Assembly (NCBI GenBank): GCA_963665095.1
Contig: OY762069.1
Location: 5,408,001 to 5,472,000, forward strand
Reading direction: 5' to 3'
DNA: 64,000 bases
Source of the DNA: an uncultured Desulfobacter sp.
Lineage (GTDB): Bacteria > Desulfobacterota > Desulfobacteria > Desulfobacterales > Desulfobacteraceae
Under the pieces are notes generated by a model that saw only the letters and a list, made by a program, of their open reading frames with translations, did not search any database and was not told the DNA's origin. This document shows positions 1 to 9,034 of the stretch, piece by piece; position 1 is the stretch's first letter, and every line of letters starts with the position of its first letter. The translations under genes and the position numbers were made by a program.

Positions 1-691
1 TTTGTGGGCTGAACGTGCCTTGAAGGAAAATAGGTGTATTGGGTGATATGACACCGGGAGTAATAATAATTTCTTTAAATCCAGTATAAAATTGGGTTGC
101 TGGATTTATAGAACAATTTGCGACTTCGCCTTTAATAGAAGTATTGCTGTCGTCTTTTTCATTGGGCGCTGATAAAGAAGCTGTATCATTGTATAAAGAA
201 GCTGTATCATTGTATTGGGTATAGGCTTTGGCAGCATCGGAATATTTAGAATTTCCGGTTAAGATGAAAGATATATTCAGGCATGCTGTTGCCGCCGTTA
301 TTTCATTTGAATTCTCTAATTCCCGGGCAAGATTATAATAGAGCTGCGCAATTTTTTGGGAATCACCTATACGGCTCAATTCATGCTGTATATGATTGTT
401 TATAAGCCACAATGATATATCAAGAAATTTTCGGCTTTCATTTTGCCTAAGCATTAATTCGGCAATGATTGCAAGAATATGAACCGGGGCATCAGAATAA
501 TCAGTCAAACTATTGAGATATTGTTGAATATCACTTTGAAGCGTATTAAAATCCTCAAACTTTCGTGACAAGATGATTCGATCAAAAATAAGTGCATCTT
601 GAGCCTTTTCATCAGATTTTTTGCTGTGATTGCCATTAGATACGGGACGTTTAATTTTCATATATGAAGGCGTTTTGGTCTCTTTTTTCAT
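1..691 (-). CDS. Hypothetical protein, partial (runs off the window edge), with a TPR-like helical segment; part of the AT-rich glycan operon
   Basis: Manual translation from ATG at 691 (MKKETKTPSYMKIKRPVSNG...) has no stop down to position 1. It starts 9 bp after the epimerase stop. IAQLYYNLARELENSNEITAATACLNISF looks TPR-like. It is absent from the ORF track because its stop lies outside the window. Confidence 0.75.
   Translation of the reverse strand, partial: MKKETKTPSYMKIKRPVSNGNHSKKSDEKAQDALIFDRIILSRKFEDFNTLQSDIQQYLNSLTDYSDAPVHILAIIAELMLRQNESRKFLDISLWLINNHIQHELSRIGDSQKIAQLYYNLARELENSNEITAATACLNISFILTGNSKYSDAAKAYTQYNDTASLYNDTASLSAPNEKDDSNTSIKGEVANCSINPATQFYTGFKEIIITPGVISPNTPIFLQGTFSPQ
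173..214. repeat. Perfect 21-bp tandem duplication (TAAAGAAGCTGTATCATTGTA x2), encoding YNDTASL twice in frame
   Basis: Read directly at 173-193 and 194-214. Confidence 0.9.
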
Positions 692-700
692 GGTCTCATT

Positions 701-1744
701 TTATTTGACATTACTGGTTTTAAATAACAATTTGTCAATCTTGTCAGACTGCAGTAAATAATTCAATTGAGCTAAGCGGTTTGTCTGCCTTCCCCTGAAT
801 TGAGCTTCGGTGAATCCGATCTGTTTAAAACAGTCAATCAGCTCCTGCCCCCCTCGTATCAAATTCCACTCAGGTTTATAATAATCTTTTAAAACAGATA
901 ATATTTTTTTAAAGCTGACTTTATACGTTCTTGAATCTGGTCCGTGTTCTCCTGTAAAAGTCAAAGTGCTTCCAGGCACCACTTTCTGCGCGGCTTCGGC
1001 CAGTTGCCTTACCGTAAAATTTCCGTTTTCAATGCCCACATTAAAAGCCTGGTTGGCAACCAGCTCTTCAGGTGCCTCCAACCCCGCAATGAATGCATTG
1101 CATACGTCACGTATATGAATGACTGGTCGAAATGGTGTACCATCACTTTTAATTTCTATTACGCCTGTTGTATAGGCGCAGGCCACAAGATTGTTGAATA
1201 CGATATCACACCTGAGCCTTGGGCTTACACCAAAAACCGTTGAAGGCCTGAAGCAGGCTACTGTAAAATTGTTGTCCCCAAGTGCTTTCAATGCACATTC
1301 TGCTTCCCACTTGGTTTTTGCGTATGCGGTCAAAGGGTTTTTCTCACTTGCGTCTTCATCCAGTTCGTCTTCTGTTTTCGAGATACCGTACATACTTTGG
1401 GAAGATGCATAGACAAACCGTTTTACGCCGTTTTCTTTTGCTATGTTTGCGAGTTTTAAAGTGCCCTTCAGGTTGATCTCCTCAGTGTATAGCGGTTGAA
1501 ATTCCCCTAAGGGGTCATTTGAAAGGGCGGCAAGGTGGATAACAGCGTCAATACCCCTAAGGTCCTCCGGGGTTATTTGGCGAATATCTTTTGTAATCAT
1601 AGGGTATGACAAACCTGTGCCGAACAGTTCACAACCCGCATAATATTCTGTGTCATATCCGGTGACCGAATAGCCTTTTTCTATTAAGATCTGTACGAGA
1701 ACCGGGCCGATGTAACCTCGGTCGCCTGTGACCAATATGTTCAT
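701..1744 (-). CDS. NAD-dependent nucleotide-sugar epimerase/dehydratase (extended SDR)
   Basis: TGDRGYIG Rossmann motif, HLAA, YAKTK (YxxxK), FRPSTVFG, FNVG. Confidence 0.9.
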   Translation of the reverse strand: MNILVTGDRGYIGPVLVQILIEKGYSVTGYDTEYYAGCELFGTGLSYPMITKDIRQITPEDLRGIDAVIHLAALSNDPLGEFQPLYTEEINLKGTLKLANIAKENGVKRFVYASSQSMYGISKTEDELDEDASEKNPLTAYAKTKWEAECALKALGDNNFTVACFRPSTVFGVSPRLRCDIVFNNLVACAYTTGVIEIKSDGTPFRPVIHIRDVCNAFIAGLEAPEELVANQAFNVGIENGNFTVRQLAEAAQKVVPGSTLTFTGEHGPDSRTYKVSFKKILSVLKDYYKPEWNLIRGGQELIDCFKQIGFTEAQFRGRQTNRLAQLNYLLQSDKIDKLLFKTSNVK

Positions 1745-1764
1745 AATTTCACCAATGAATTCGC

Positions 1765-2307
1765 TTAGTATTCTATTTTTCCAATCAGGTAATCCACAAT
1801 TGCCACAAGCCAGATGTGGTGAGCCATTTCAACAATGTTATATCCTTTGCTCTCCACCCAGTAATTTATGTCACCCAGTTTTGAAAGGGGATTGTTTTTA
1901 TCAAACCCTGAACAGGTGATAACAGGGAGACCTATGTCTTTTGCTTTTTGAACACCATTTATAATGTTTAATGATTTTCCGCTGCTGCTTATTGCAATCA
2001 GCATATCATTTTTATCTGCATAACACTCCAGGGCTTTCTCAAACCACCTCTCATACCCAAAATCATTTGCGAAACAGGTAATAAGATCCGCCTCATTAAA
2101 CGAAATTGACCTGATCCCGGCATTTTTGGTCAAATCAACTGATATATGACTTGCCATAGCTGCGCTTCCCCCATTCCCAAGAATGATGACCTTTCCACCT
2201 TCTTTACTGGTAGCGCGCATCATGTCAACCGCTTTTACCAATTGCTCTGAATCAATGGCAGATACCTTGGAATGGATTAAATCAAAATACTCTTTAAAAA
2301 AGTTCAT
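1765..2307 (-). CDS. gmhA: SIS-domain phosphoheptose isomerase (GmhA-like)
   Basis: GNGGSAAMASH, ANDFGY and ISSSGKSLNI motifs; sits in a heptose gene context. Confidence 0.75.
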   Translation of the reverse strand: MNFFKEYFDLIHSKVSAIDSEQLVKAVDMMRATSKEGGKVIILGNGGSAAMASHISVDLTKNAGIRSISFNEADLITCFANDFGYERWFEKALECYADKNDMLIAISSSGKSLNIINGVQKAKDIGLPVITCSGFDKNNPLSKLGDINYWVESKGYNIVEMAHHIWLVAIVDYLIGKIEY

Positions 2308-2330
2308 TGCGCCACATTTTTGTTAATTTT

Positions 2331-2951
2331 TTACCCATAAATCAAAATATCGGCATTCCCATGGGTTGCCTTAATAAAAATAACCTCTTCCTTTTCTCTA
2401 TCGGAAAGGATTTTCTCATAAATATTTTTATCTATTTTTTTTGTAAGGGAATAGAAATCCTTAAGTCTCTGCTTCCGAACTGTGTCAGGGATGTCTACAA
2501 AAATTTTTAATGTGGCGATTTCCATGAGCTCCGGGATGGCTAATGCCACAACTCCTTCCACAATCAAAACGCCTTCATTGGGCGCCAGGGAGATTTGCTT
2601 ATCTGATAACTCTTTTATCCGCTTCCTGTTGACAGCATCATATACAGGAGGATAGATACTGTCACCCGATTGTAATTTCTTAATGGATGAAACGATTGCC
2701 GCTGTCTCATACCGTTCCAAAACAGTAGATTCAACGCTTCTTTTTTCCAGACTCACCAACCAGGAATCCAACTGGACTATCAATGAATGAATCCCCATTG
2801 ATTGCAATTGTTCCTGCAGGTTCCAGGCCAATGTTGTTTTTCCTGCCCGGGAGCATCCGCCAATTATAACGGTTATAATCTTTTTATCGGAATCAATCAG
2901 GGTTGACTCAATATTGCTTGCTACCTCCTCATAGCAGGAAAGCTTAAGCAT
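2331..2951 (-). CDS. P-loop kinase of the uridine kinase/phosphoribulokinase-like family
   Basis: Walker A GGCSRAGKTT, QLDSW, PVYD, LIVEGV, KIFVD; overlaps the upstream gene by 8 bp. Confidence 0.75.
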   Translation of the reverse strand: MLKLSCYEEVASNIESTLIDSDKKIITVIIGGCSRAGKTTLAWNLQEQLQSMGIHSLIVQLDSWLVSLEKRSVESTVLERYETAAIVSSIKKLQSGDSIYPPVYDAVNRKRIKELSDKQISLAPNEGVLIVEGVVALAIPELMEIATLKIFVDIPDTVRKQRLKDFYSLTKKIDKNIYEKILSDREKEEVIFIKATHGNADILIYG

Positions 2952-4131
2952 GAAGGATTTCCCGTTTTACAATCTCCAGAAGTGGGGATTTATCGTTTAC
3001 TAAAATGGTTTTGCATCCTGCGGCTGTTCCTGCCTCAAGGTCCCGCTGGTCATCGCCTACGAAAAATGTTTTTGACAGATCCAGATTATACTCTTTTGCT
3101 GCTTTATACAGCATGCCGGGCTTAGGTTTTCTGCAGTCGCACCCTTCGTCCCAGCCATGGGGACAATGGTAAATTTTTTCTATTCTGACATCATGCTTAT
3201 TTAATTCATTTTTCATATTTTTATGAATTTCTTCAAGTTCTGCTTCTGTCATAAAGCCGCGGGCTATACCGGCCTGGTTGGTAATGATGAAAATTATATA
3301 GCCCTTTTGTGCAAGCAACGCCATCGCTTTAACAGATCCCGGAAGAAATTCAAATACCTTCCAGGAGGTAATATACTCGGATTTAGGTGCTTTTTTGTTA
3401 ATAACGCCATCTCTATCAAGAAAAATTACTTTCTTAGGCTGAAGGAATTGTTCTGTTGTAGGTAGCCTTTCAAGGCTGCCTATGCTGTAATATTTGTGAT
3501 CAGTTAAATAGCCTGACAGCTGGTGCTTCTTTATTAATTGAGGAAGAATTTCTTTTTCAAATGAAAAATTTGTTTCCGGCATCAACGATAGGATTTTTTT
3601 ATTTAAAATATAAAATCCGATTTCCACACCGTTGAGCTGGGTATTGGTACGGGATTTATCATAACGCAAGACATACCCATCTTCACTAACCAGCATGTTG
3701 TTTTTTGTGGCGCCATCTTTATTTGTATAAACAGTGACGGTTGCCATGGTTTGGTTTTTACTGTGTAAAGCAATCAGATTCTGTAGATTCAATGGCCAAT
3801 AATTATCGCAATACATCAAAAGAAAATTGTCCTGCAGGAGCATTTCCGCAGATTTTATTCGTTTTCCGGTTTCAAAAGACACTTCGCCAATAGAATAACG
3901 GATGCATATCCCGAATTTTGATCCATCCTGAAAGTGATCAACTATTTTTTCATGCAAATAGCCAAGAAGCAGAACAACTTCTGAAATTCCATTGTCTTTG
4001 AGTAAATCAATCAGATACTCCAAAAATGGTCTATGATTAAGTCTGATCATAGGCTTCGGAACCGTATCTGTCAGGGGGCGGACCCTTGTTCCCTTTCCGC
4101 CGGCTAAGATAACTGCCTGCTTGACTTTCAC
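2944..4131 (-). CDS. Fusion of an HddC-like sugar-phosphate nucleotidyltransferase and a HAD-IIIA D,D-heptose-1,7-bisphosphate phosphatase (GmhB-like)
   Basis: N-terminal AGGKGTR..P...PKPM; C-terminal FLDRDGVIN, TNQAG, CPH...CDCRKPKPGM, VGD...D. Confidence 0.9.
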   Translation of the reverse strand: MKVKQAVILAGGKGTRVRPLTDTVPKPMIRLNHRPFLEYLIDLLKDNGISEVVLLLGYLHEKIVDHFQDGSKFGICIRYSIGEVSFETGKRIKSAEMLLQDNFLLMYCDNYWPLNLQNLIALHSKNQTMATVTVYTNKDGATKNNMLVSEDGYVLRYDKSRTNTQLNGVEIGFYILNKKILSLMPETNFSFEKEILPQLIKKHQLSGYLTDHKYYSIGSLERLPTTEQFLQPKKVIFLDRDGVINKKAPKSEYITSWKVFEFLPGSVKAMALLAQKGYIIFIITNQAGIARGFMTEAELEEIHKNMKNELNKHDVRIEKIYHCPHGWDEGCDCRKPKPGMLYKAAKEYNLDLSKTFFVGDDQRDLEAGTAAGCKTILVNDKSPLLEIVKREILHA

Positions 4132-4531
4132 TGTTGCCTGCTCCTTTTTTCTGATCGTACGCCAGCATATGCCTTTATAGAAAGTCAGAAAGCTACAGCA
4201 ACCATTTCAAAATATACTTTCTGCCTATTTACCGTATCCTGTATAAAATTTAATCCTCACAAAAATTTAAGTATATTCTACTGAGTAAGGTCTATACAAC
4301 CTTAACGCCTAAATACAGGAAAGTTTTTATTTGAAGGCATTTCTACCTATAGGATAGGACCTTCCTTTTTGTCAACTAAAGCATTAAAGGCGCCATAATC
4401 GGAATGATTGCTTCAATATAAGGGTTAAGCAGCGATAGTTACCGGGAGATGATATTTTATTCTGCTTAACAAATCCTCACAAGGCACACATACCATTTTA
4501 GCTGGAATATAATAATAGTAAAACATAATGC

Positions 4532-5581
4532 ATGCATAATTCCCGTGCTATGGAACATCAATATATTAATCGTGAAACAAAACGGGCTGTAACTGAAGCT
4601 TTAAAAGCGGATGCTGTTATTAACACAACCTATTCACTGGTTCGTGAAAATGCCGGTTTATTGTTCCGCTTGCTGATTTCGGCAAGGATGTCAAGCCTGA
4701 TCGGGGCGGTTTGTTATGACAGGCCGTTTGTCAGGCCACTCACCGACATTAAAGCGTTTTTTAATGCCACAGGCATTGATTTAAGTGAGGTGGCCGGTGA
4801 TCCGGCTGAATTGAATTCCTATCGTAAAATTTTTGAGCGGAAGATTCGGTATGAACAGCTTCGCCCTATGCCTGACGAATCGGATATCATTGTCTCTCCG
4901 GCAGATTCAAAACTGCTGGTCGGGTCATTTTCAGACAGTACGCCCATCTTTGTGAAAGATAAATTTTTTGATTTTTGTGAGCTTTTGGGGAAAGACAAGG
5001 GCTGCTGGCTTACTGCCTTTAGCGGTGGTGATTTTGTCGTGACCCGGTTAACGCCTGATAAATATCATTACAACCATACCCCTGTGGCTGGAAGCGTCGT
5101 GGATATTTATGACATTGACGGCTGTTTTCACTCCTGTAACCCCGGTGCTGTGGTCCGTGAAGTAACTCCGTATTCCAAAAACCGCCGGGTGGTTACCGTG
5201 ATTGATACGGATGTGCCGGGAGGGTCAGGGGCAGGCCTTGTGGCTATGGTGGAGGTGGTGGCCATGATGATTGGAAAGATTGTCCAGTGCTACAGCAGAA
5301 AGGGGTACGAGACCCCTCAGCCTGTTGTCCCGGGGCTTTTTATGGAAAAAGGGTGTCCCAAAAGCCTGTATCGGCCTGGCTCTTCCACCACCATCCTTAT
5401 ATTTCAGAAAAAGCGTATCCGGTTTTGTGAGGACATATTGGAAAATTTGCACCGCACCGATGTAAACAGCAGGTTCAGTCAAGGTTTTGGCAGGCCTCTG
5501 GTGGAAACTGAAGTGGGCGTCCGGTCAATGATCGGCAGAGTCTGTGTCCCTGCCGGAAATGAAACTTCGGGAGAATTATAA
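4532..5581 (+). CDS. psd: Phosphatidylserine decarboxylase-family pyruvoyl proenzyme (start may be ATG at 4550)
   Basis: SPADS, RLTPDKYHYNHTPV, N.R.V, MVEV...IG.I, and a cleavage-type motif PGSSTTILIF. Confidence 0.8.
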   Translation: MHNSRAMEHQYINRETKRAVTEALKADAVINTTYSLVRENAGLLFRLLISARMSSLIGAVCYDRPFVRPLTDIKAFFNATGIDLSEVAGDPAELNSYRKIFERKIRYEQLRPMPDESDIIVSPADSKLLVGSFSDSTPIFVKDKFFDFCELLGKDKGCWLTAFSGGDFVVTRLTPDKYHYNHTPVAGSVVDIYDIDGCFHSCNPGAVVREVTPYSKNRRVVTVIDTDVPGGSGAGLVAMVEVVAMMIGKIVQCYSRKGYETPQPVVPGLFMEKGCPKSLYRPGSSTTILIFQKKRIRFCEDILENLHRTDVNSRFSQGFGRPLVETEVGVRSMIGRVCVPAGNETSGEL

Positions 5582-6630
5582 TGGCATCTGTTATTTTTGT
5601 TGGCGTGCTTGGACTGTTGATTGCGGCTGTACTCAGATGGGGATTTATAACCCTGCCAAAGGAAAAATGGCAGATGGTGGCGGCGCTCCCCCTGGATAAG
5701 TTGGCCCAGGGGCAGTGGCGGGGGCTGAATCTGACCTGGTATGGCCTTTTGTCGGCAAATGCCTATACATTCAGTGTGGTCATGGCTGTGGTTCTGGCTG
5801 CCTCCGTCGGGGTGCCTGTTTCTGCCCTGGTGGTTTTAACCCTGGCCATACTGGGGGTTACCATTCCGGCATCAAAGATCGTTGCCCGGCTGGTAGAGAA
5901 GAAAAAAGCGACCCTGACCGTAGGTGGGGCCGTATTTGTCGGGGTTGTCACAGCACCATGGATTATTATGCTGGTGAACGTCACCCTTGGCGCGGCCTTA
6001 AAATTTCATGTGCCTGTTGTGGTAATGATGGCCTGTTTAAGCATTGCCTATACCTTTGGTGAATCATTGGGGCGGCTTGCCTGTTTAAGCTTTGGCTGCT
6101 GCTATGGAAAGCCGTTGAGTCAGTGCTCGAAGAAAACCCGCAGACTGTTTTCAAAATTCAATGTGGTTTTTTGGGGGGAAACCAAAAAGGCTGCCTATGC
6201 ATCGGGCCTGGCCGGGGAATCCCTGATTCCCATCCAGATTATTACGGCTGTTATCTATGCCGCATCCGCTCTTATCGGTACGTTGCTGTTTCTCCAGGGA
6301 CTTGCCGGAACCGCTCTGGTGGAAACCCTGGTGGTGACCCAGGTGTGGCGGGTCATCTCTGAATTTTTCCGGGCAGATTTCAGGGGCGACCGTAAATTTT
6401 CCTTGTACCAGATCATGGCACTGGCTGCTGTGGCTTACACCTTTGTGATCCTTCCTTTCTTTTCTGCTCCCCTGGTGGAGGCCTCTTTGTCCAACGGGTT
6501 TGCCGCACTGTGGCATCCGGGAATGATCCTGTTTTTTCAGGGAATCTGGATTATCTCCTTTCTTCACATGGGCAGAAGCTCTGTTACGGCATCGCAGATT
6601 TCCTTTCACGTGGTCAAGGAAAATATTTAA
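5581..6630 (+). CDS. Divergent prolipoprotein diacylglyceryl transferase (Lgt)-family membrane protein
   Basis: TWYG, GESLGRLACLSFGCCYG, PIQ and WRVISEFFRAD; multiple TM segments; TAATG overlap with psd. Confidence 0.7.
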   Translation: MASVIFVGVLGLLIAAVLRWGFITLPKEKWQMVAALPLDKLAQGQWRGLNLTWYGLLSANAYTFSVVMAVVLAASVGVPVSALVVLTLAILGVTIPASKIVARLVEKKKATLTVGGAVFVGVVTAPWIIMLVNVTLGAALKFHVPVVVMMACLSIAYTFGESLGRLACLSFGCCYGKPLSQCSKKTRRLFSKFNVVFWGETKKAAYASGLAGESLIPIQIITAVIYAASALIGTLLFLQGLAGTALVETLVVTQVWRVISEFFRADFRGDRKFSLYQIMALAAVAYTFVILPFFSAPLVEASLSNGFAALWHPGMILFFQGIWIISFLHMGRSSVTASQISFHVVKENI

Positions 6631-7029
6631 TTGATCATAAGGATACGCAGGTCCCATGAACTGGGAGGCATGTGTTTTCTGTGGGTGTATGATATTGTCA
6701 AATATCTTGTATTCAGAAGCCTTTTGGAAAGCAGGGGCATTGACCCGCTGATTTTCCTGTTTCTTGACATGGTTACCGTTCCCCTGTTTGTTATCGGATC
6801 TGCCCGTCTGATTAACTCTTTGGCCGGCCGGGTCATGGCGTGGCAACGGGTGCTGGGGTGGGGTATCATTGTGCTGTTCAATACCTTTCTTCCTTACATA
6901 TATGCAGCCATGGCCGGGGGGGCACAGTTTGACACAACGGCCTGGATCGTGTTCTGGGGGCTGATTGTACTGATGCTTGCCAACCTGGTCCGAACCATCC
7001 AGGCCGGGGTTGTATCCCGGAAACGGTAA
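6631..7029 (+). CDS. Small integral membrane protein (3-4 TM), hypothetical
   Basis: Starts immediately after the Lgt-like stop; hydrophobic segments; start codon uncertain (TTG). Confidence 0.6.
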   Translation: MIIRIRRSHELGGMCFLWVYDIVKYLVFRSLLESRGIDPLIFLFLDMVTVPLFVIGSARLINSLAGRVMAWQRVLGWGIIVLFNTFLPYIYAAMAGGAQFDTTAWIVFWGLIVLMLANLVRTIQAGVVSRKR

Positions 7030-7133
7030 AAATCCAATGACCTGCCAGGGTGTGGTGTGATAGATTCATCGTGGTAATTTGTCAGGGGCAGATTTGTTTC
7101 TTGCAAAATAAATCCTGACGCAATTAATCTGCG

Positions 7134-7814
7134 GTGATAACTTTCATGAAAGGCAGGAATATGAACGCACAGGTATCTGAGGTGTTTGACCAGCATTATA
7201 ATGCTTACCTGGCGCAACTGGCAAATCTGGACCTGGCAGCTATCGGCACTGTTGCCGGCGGGCAGATTCATGCCGATGGCCGGGGAAACGTCCGGGTCGC
7301 CATTCCCTATTTCAACAGTCGCTACTTTGTATCCCCTGATGGTGTGGAAAATGAGTCGGGCGGACGGCCCGGATATGATACCTGTACCATTTTATGCCGG
7401 TATCTGATCATGGCGGCCACTTGGATACAGTCGCCACTGCCGCCTGGGATCCCTGAGTGGGTGAATTTTCGGGATCTTAAGGATTCCGGGCCGCTCACCG
7501 TCTACTTCCGGGACAATGCCGAGGCGGCCATCCCCAACGCCCTTGGCGGAAAAGAGGAGGGCCTGTCTGCCATTCTGGCCCCTTTCAAAGGTCAGATTCC
7601 GGACATGAATCTGCAATACGACCTGGCCCTTGAGATCACAGCCCTTCCCCTGGTGCCCATGCTGCTGCTTTACAACGCTGCTGAGCCTGGTTTTCCCGCC
7701 TCCTGTTCGATTCTGTTCCGGAAAAATGTTGAAACGTTTCTGGATGCTGAATGCATTGCCATGGCCGGATACCGCCTGGGCACACTGGTTAAAGTCTTTT
7801 CATCTGAGTTTTAG
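7134..7814 (+). CDS. DUF3786-like protein (start probably ATG at 7161)
   Basis: ILCRYL, WVNFRDL..SG...YF and LP.VP.LL......E.GFPASCSILF.....FLDAE patterns typical of this family. Confidence 0.65.
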   Translation: MITFMKGRNMNAQVSEVFDQHYNAYLAQLANLDLAAIGTVAGGQIHADGRGNVRVAIPYFNSRYFVSPDGVENESGGRPGYDTCTILCRYLIMAATWIQSPLPPGIPEWVNFRDLKDSGPLTVYFRDNAEAAIPNALGGKEEGLSAILAPFKGQIPDMNLQYDLALEITALPLVPMLLLYNAAEPGFPASCSILFRKNVETFLDAECIAMAGYRLGTLVKVFSSEF

Positions 7815-8083
7815 GTCGGTTTCCGGCGGTTTAATCCTGGGGCACTTGTCTGAGCAGCCCTTCCTGGGCCACACTGGCCACCTGCCTGTCCTGGGACCAT
7901 AAGGTTTTGCCGTGGGGATACAGGGCTGTTGAAATAATATGAAAATCAGTGGGCATAGGCCAGCATGTCCCTGCGGGGTGCGGCATCATCAGGCAGGCTT
8001 TTTATTGTCATACAACGCCATATGATTGGCATGATTCGCATTTGCTTGCCCTTTAATCTCTTAATTGCTATGTATAGTGCCTC

Positions 8084-9025
8084 ATGACTGTAAACACAAG
8101 AGGGGAAAGGCTAATGAAGTTCACGGGGGTGTCAGATGTACAGCAGCGATTGGAAGATGTTGACTATATCCCCAGCACGGAAATTGCCACCATCATCTAT
8201 CTGGCCCAGGAGGCCCGGAAACCGGTTCTGGTGGAAGGCCCTGCCGGTGTGGGGAAAACTGAGCTTGCCAAATGCGTGGCGCTCTGCCTTGGCCGGGAGA
8301 TGATCCGGCTTCAGTGCTATGAGGGGCTTGATGAATCCAAGGCCCTGTATGAGTGGGCCTATGCCAAACAGCTGCTCTATACCCAGATGCTCAAGGAGAA
8401 AATCGGGGATGTGGTGGCGGCGTCCTCCAGTCTGGCTGAGGCGGTGGATGCCATCTCCCGGCACGAAGACGCTTTTTTTTCAGACCGGTTTATCCAGACC
8501 CGGCCCCTGCTTGCCGCCATCTCCTCACCTGATCCGGTGGTGCTGCTGGTGGATGAGATCGACAAGTCTGACCCTGAATTTGAAGCGTTTTTGCTCGAAC
8601 TGCTCTCTGATTTTCAGGTCACCATCCCCGAGCTTGGCACCATCAGGGCCACTACCCGGCCATTTGTCTTTCTGACCTCCAATAACTACCGGGATATGAG
8701 TGACGCCCTAAAAAGGCGCTGTATTCATATCTACATTGATTACCCGGACATGGAGACCGAGCGGCGCATTGTGGCAAAGAAACTGCCCGGCATTGGCGCA
8801 CGCCTGCTGGAACAGGTGGTTTCGGTGGTGGCCGGTATCCGGGAGCTGGATTTGAAAAAACGGCCTTGCATTTCCGAAACCATTGACTGGGCAAGATCGC
8901 TGATGATTCTGCAGAAAGAGACCCTGACCCCTGATGTGCTGGATCAGACACTGAACACCCTTTGCAAGCATAAAGCCGATTATGCGGTGGTCAGATCCAG
9001 GATCCGGGAACTGGCTGAAGGGTAA
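8084..9025 (+). CDS. MoxR-family AAA+ ATPase (CoxD-like)
   Basis: EGPAGVGKT, RLQCYEGLD...LYEW, LLVDEIDK, TSN, DALKRRC. Confidence 0.9.
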   Translation: MTVNTRGERLMKFTGVSDVQQRLEDVDYIPSTEIATIIYLAQEARKPVLVEGPAGVGKTELAKCVALCLGREMIRLQCYEGLDESKALYEWAYAKQLLYTQMLKEKIGDVVAASSSLAEAVDAISRHEDAFFSDRFIQTRPLLAAISSPDPVVLLVDEIDKSDPEFEAFLLELLSDFQVTIPELGTIRATTRPFVFLTSNNYRDMSDALKRRCIHIYIDYPDMETERRIVAKKLPGIGARLLEQVVSVVAGIRELDLKKRPCISETIDWARSLMILQKETLTPDVLDQTLNTLCKHKADYAVVRSRIRELAEG

Positions 9026-9034
9026 AAGAGAACC

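Noticed and set aside
4252..4482. 11-bp direct repeat AATCCTCACAA at 4252 and 4472
   Set aside because: Only two copies 220 bp apart with no element features between them; may be chance
8027..8047. Sigma-54 promoter before the first MoxR gene (TGGCATGATTCGC)
   Set aside because: GG-to-GC spacing does not fit -24/-12
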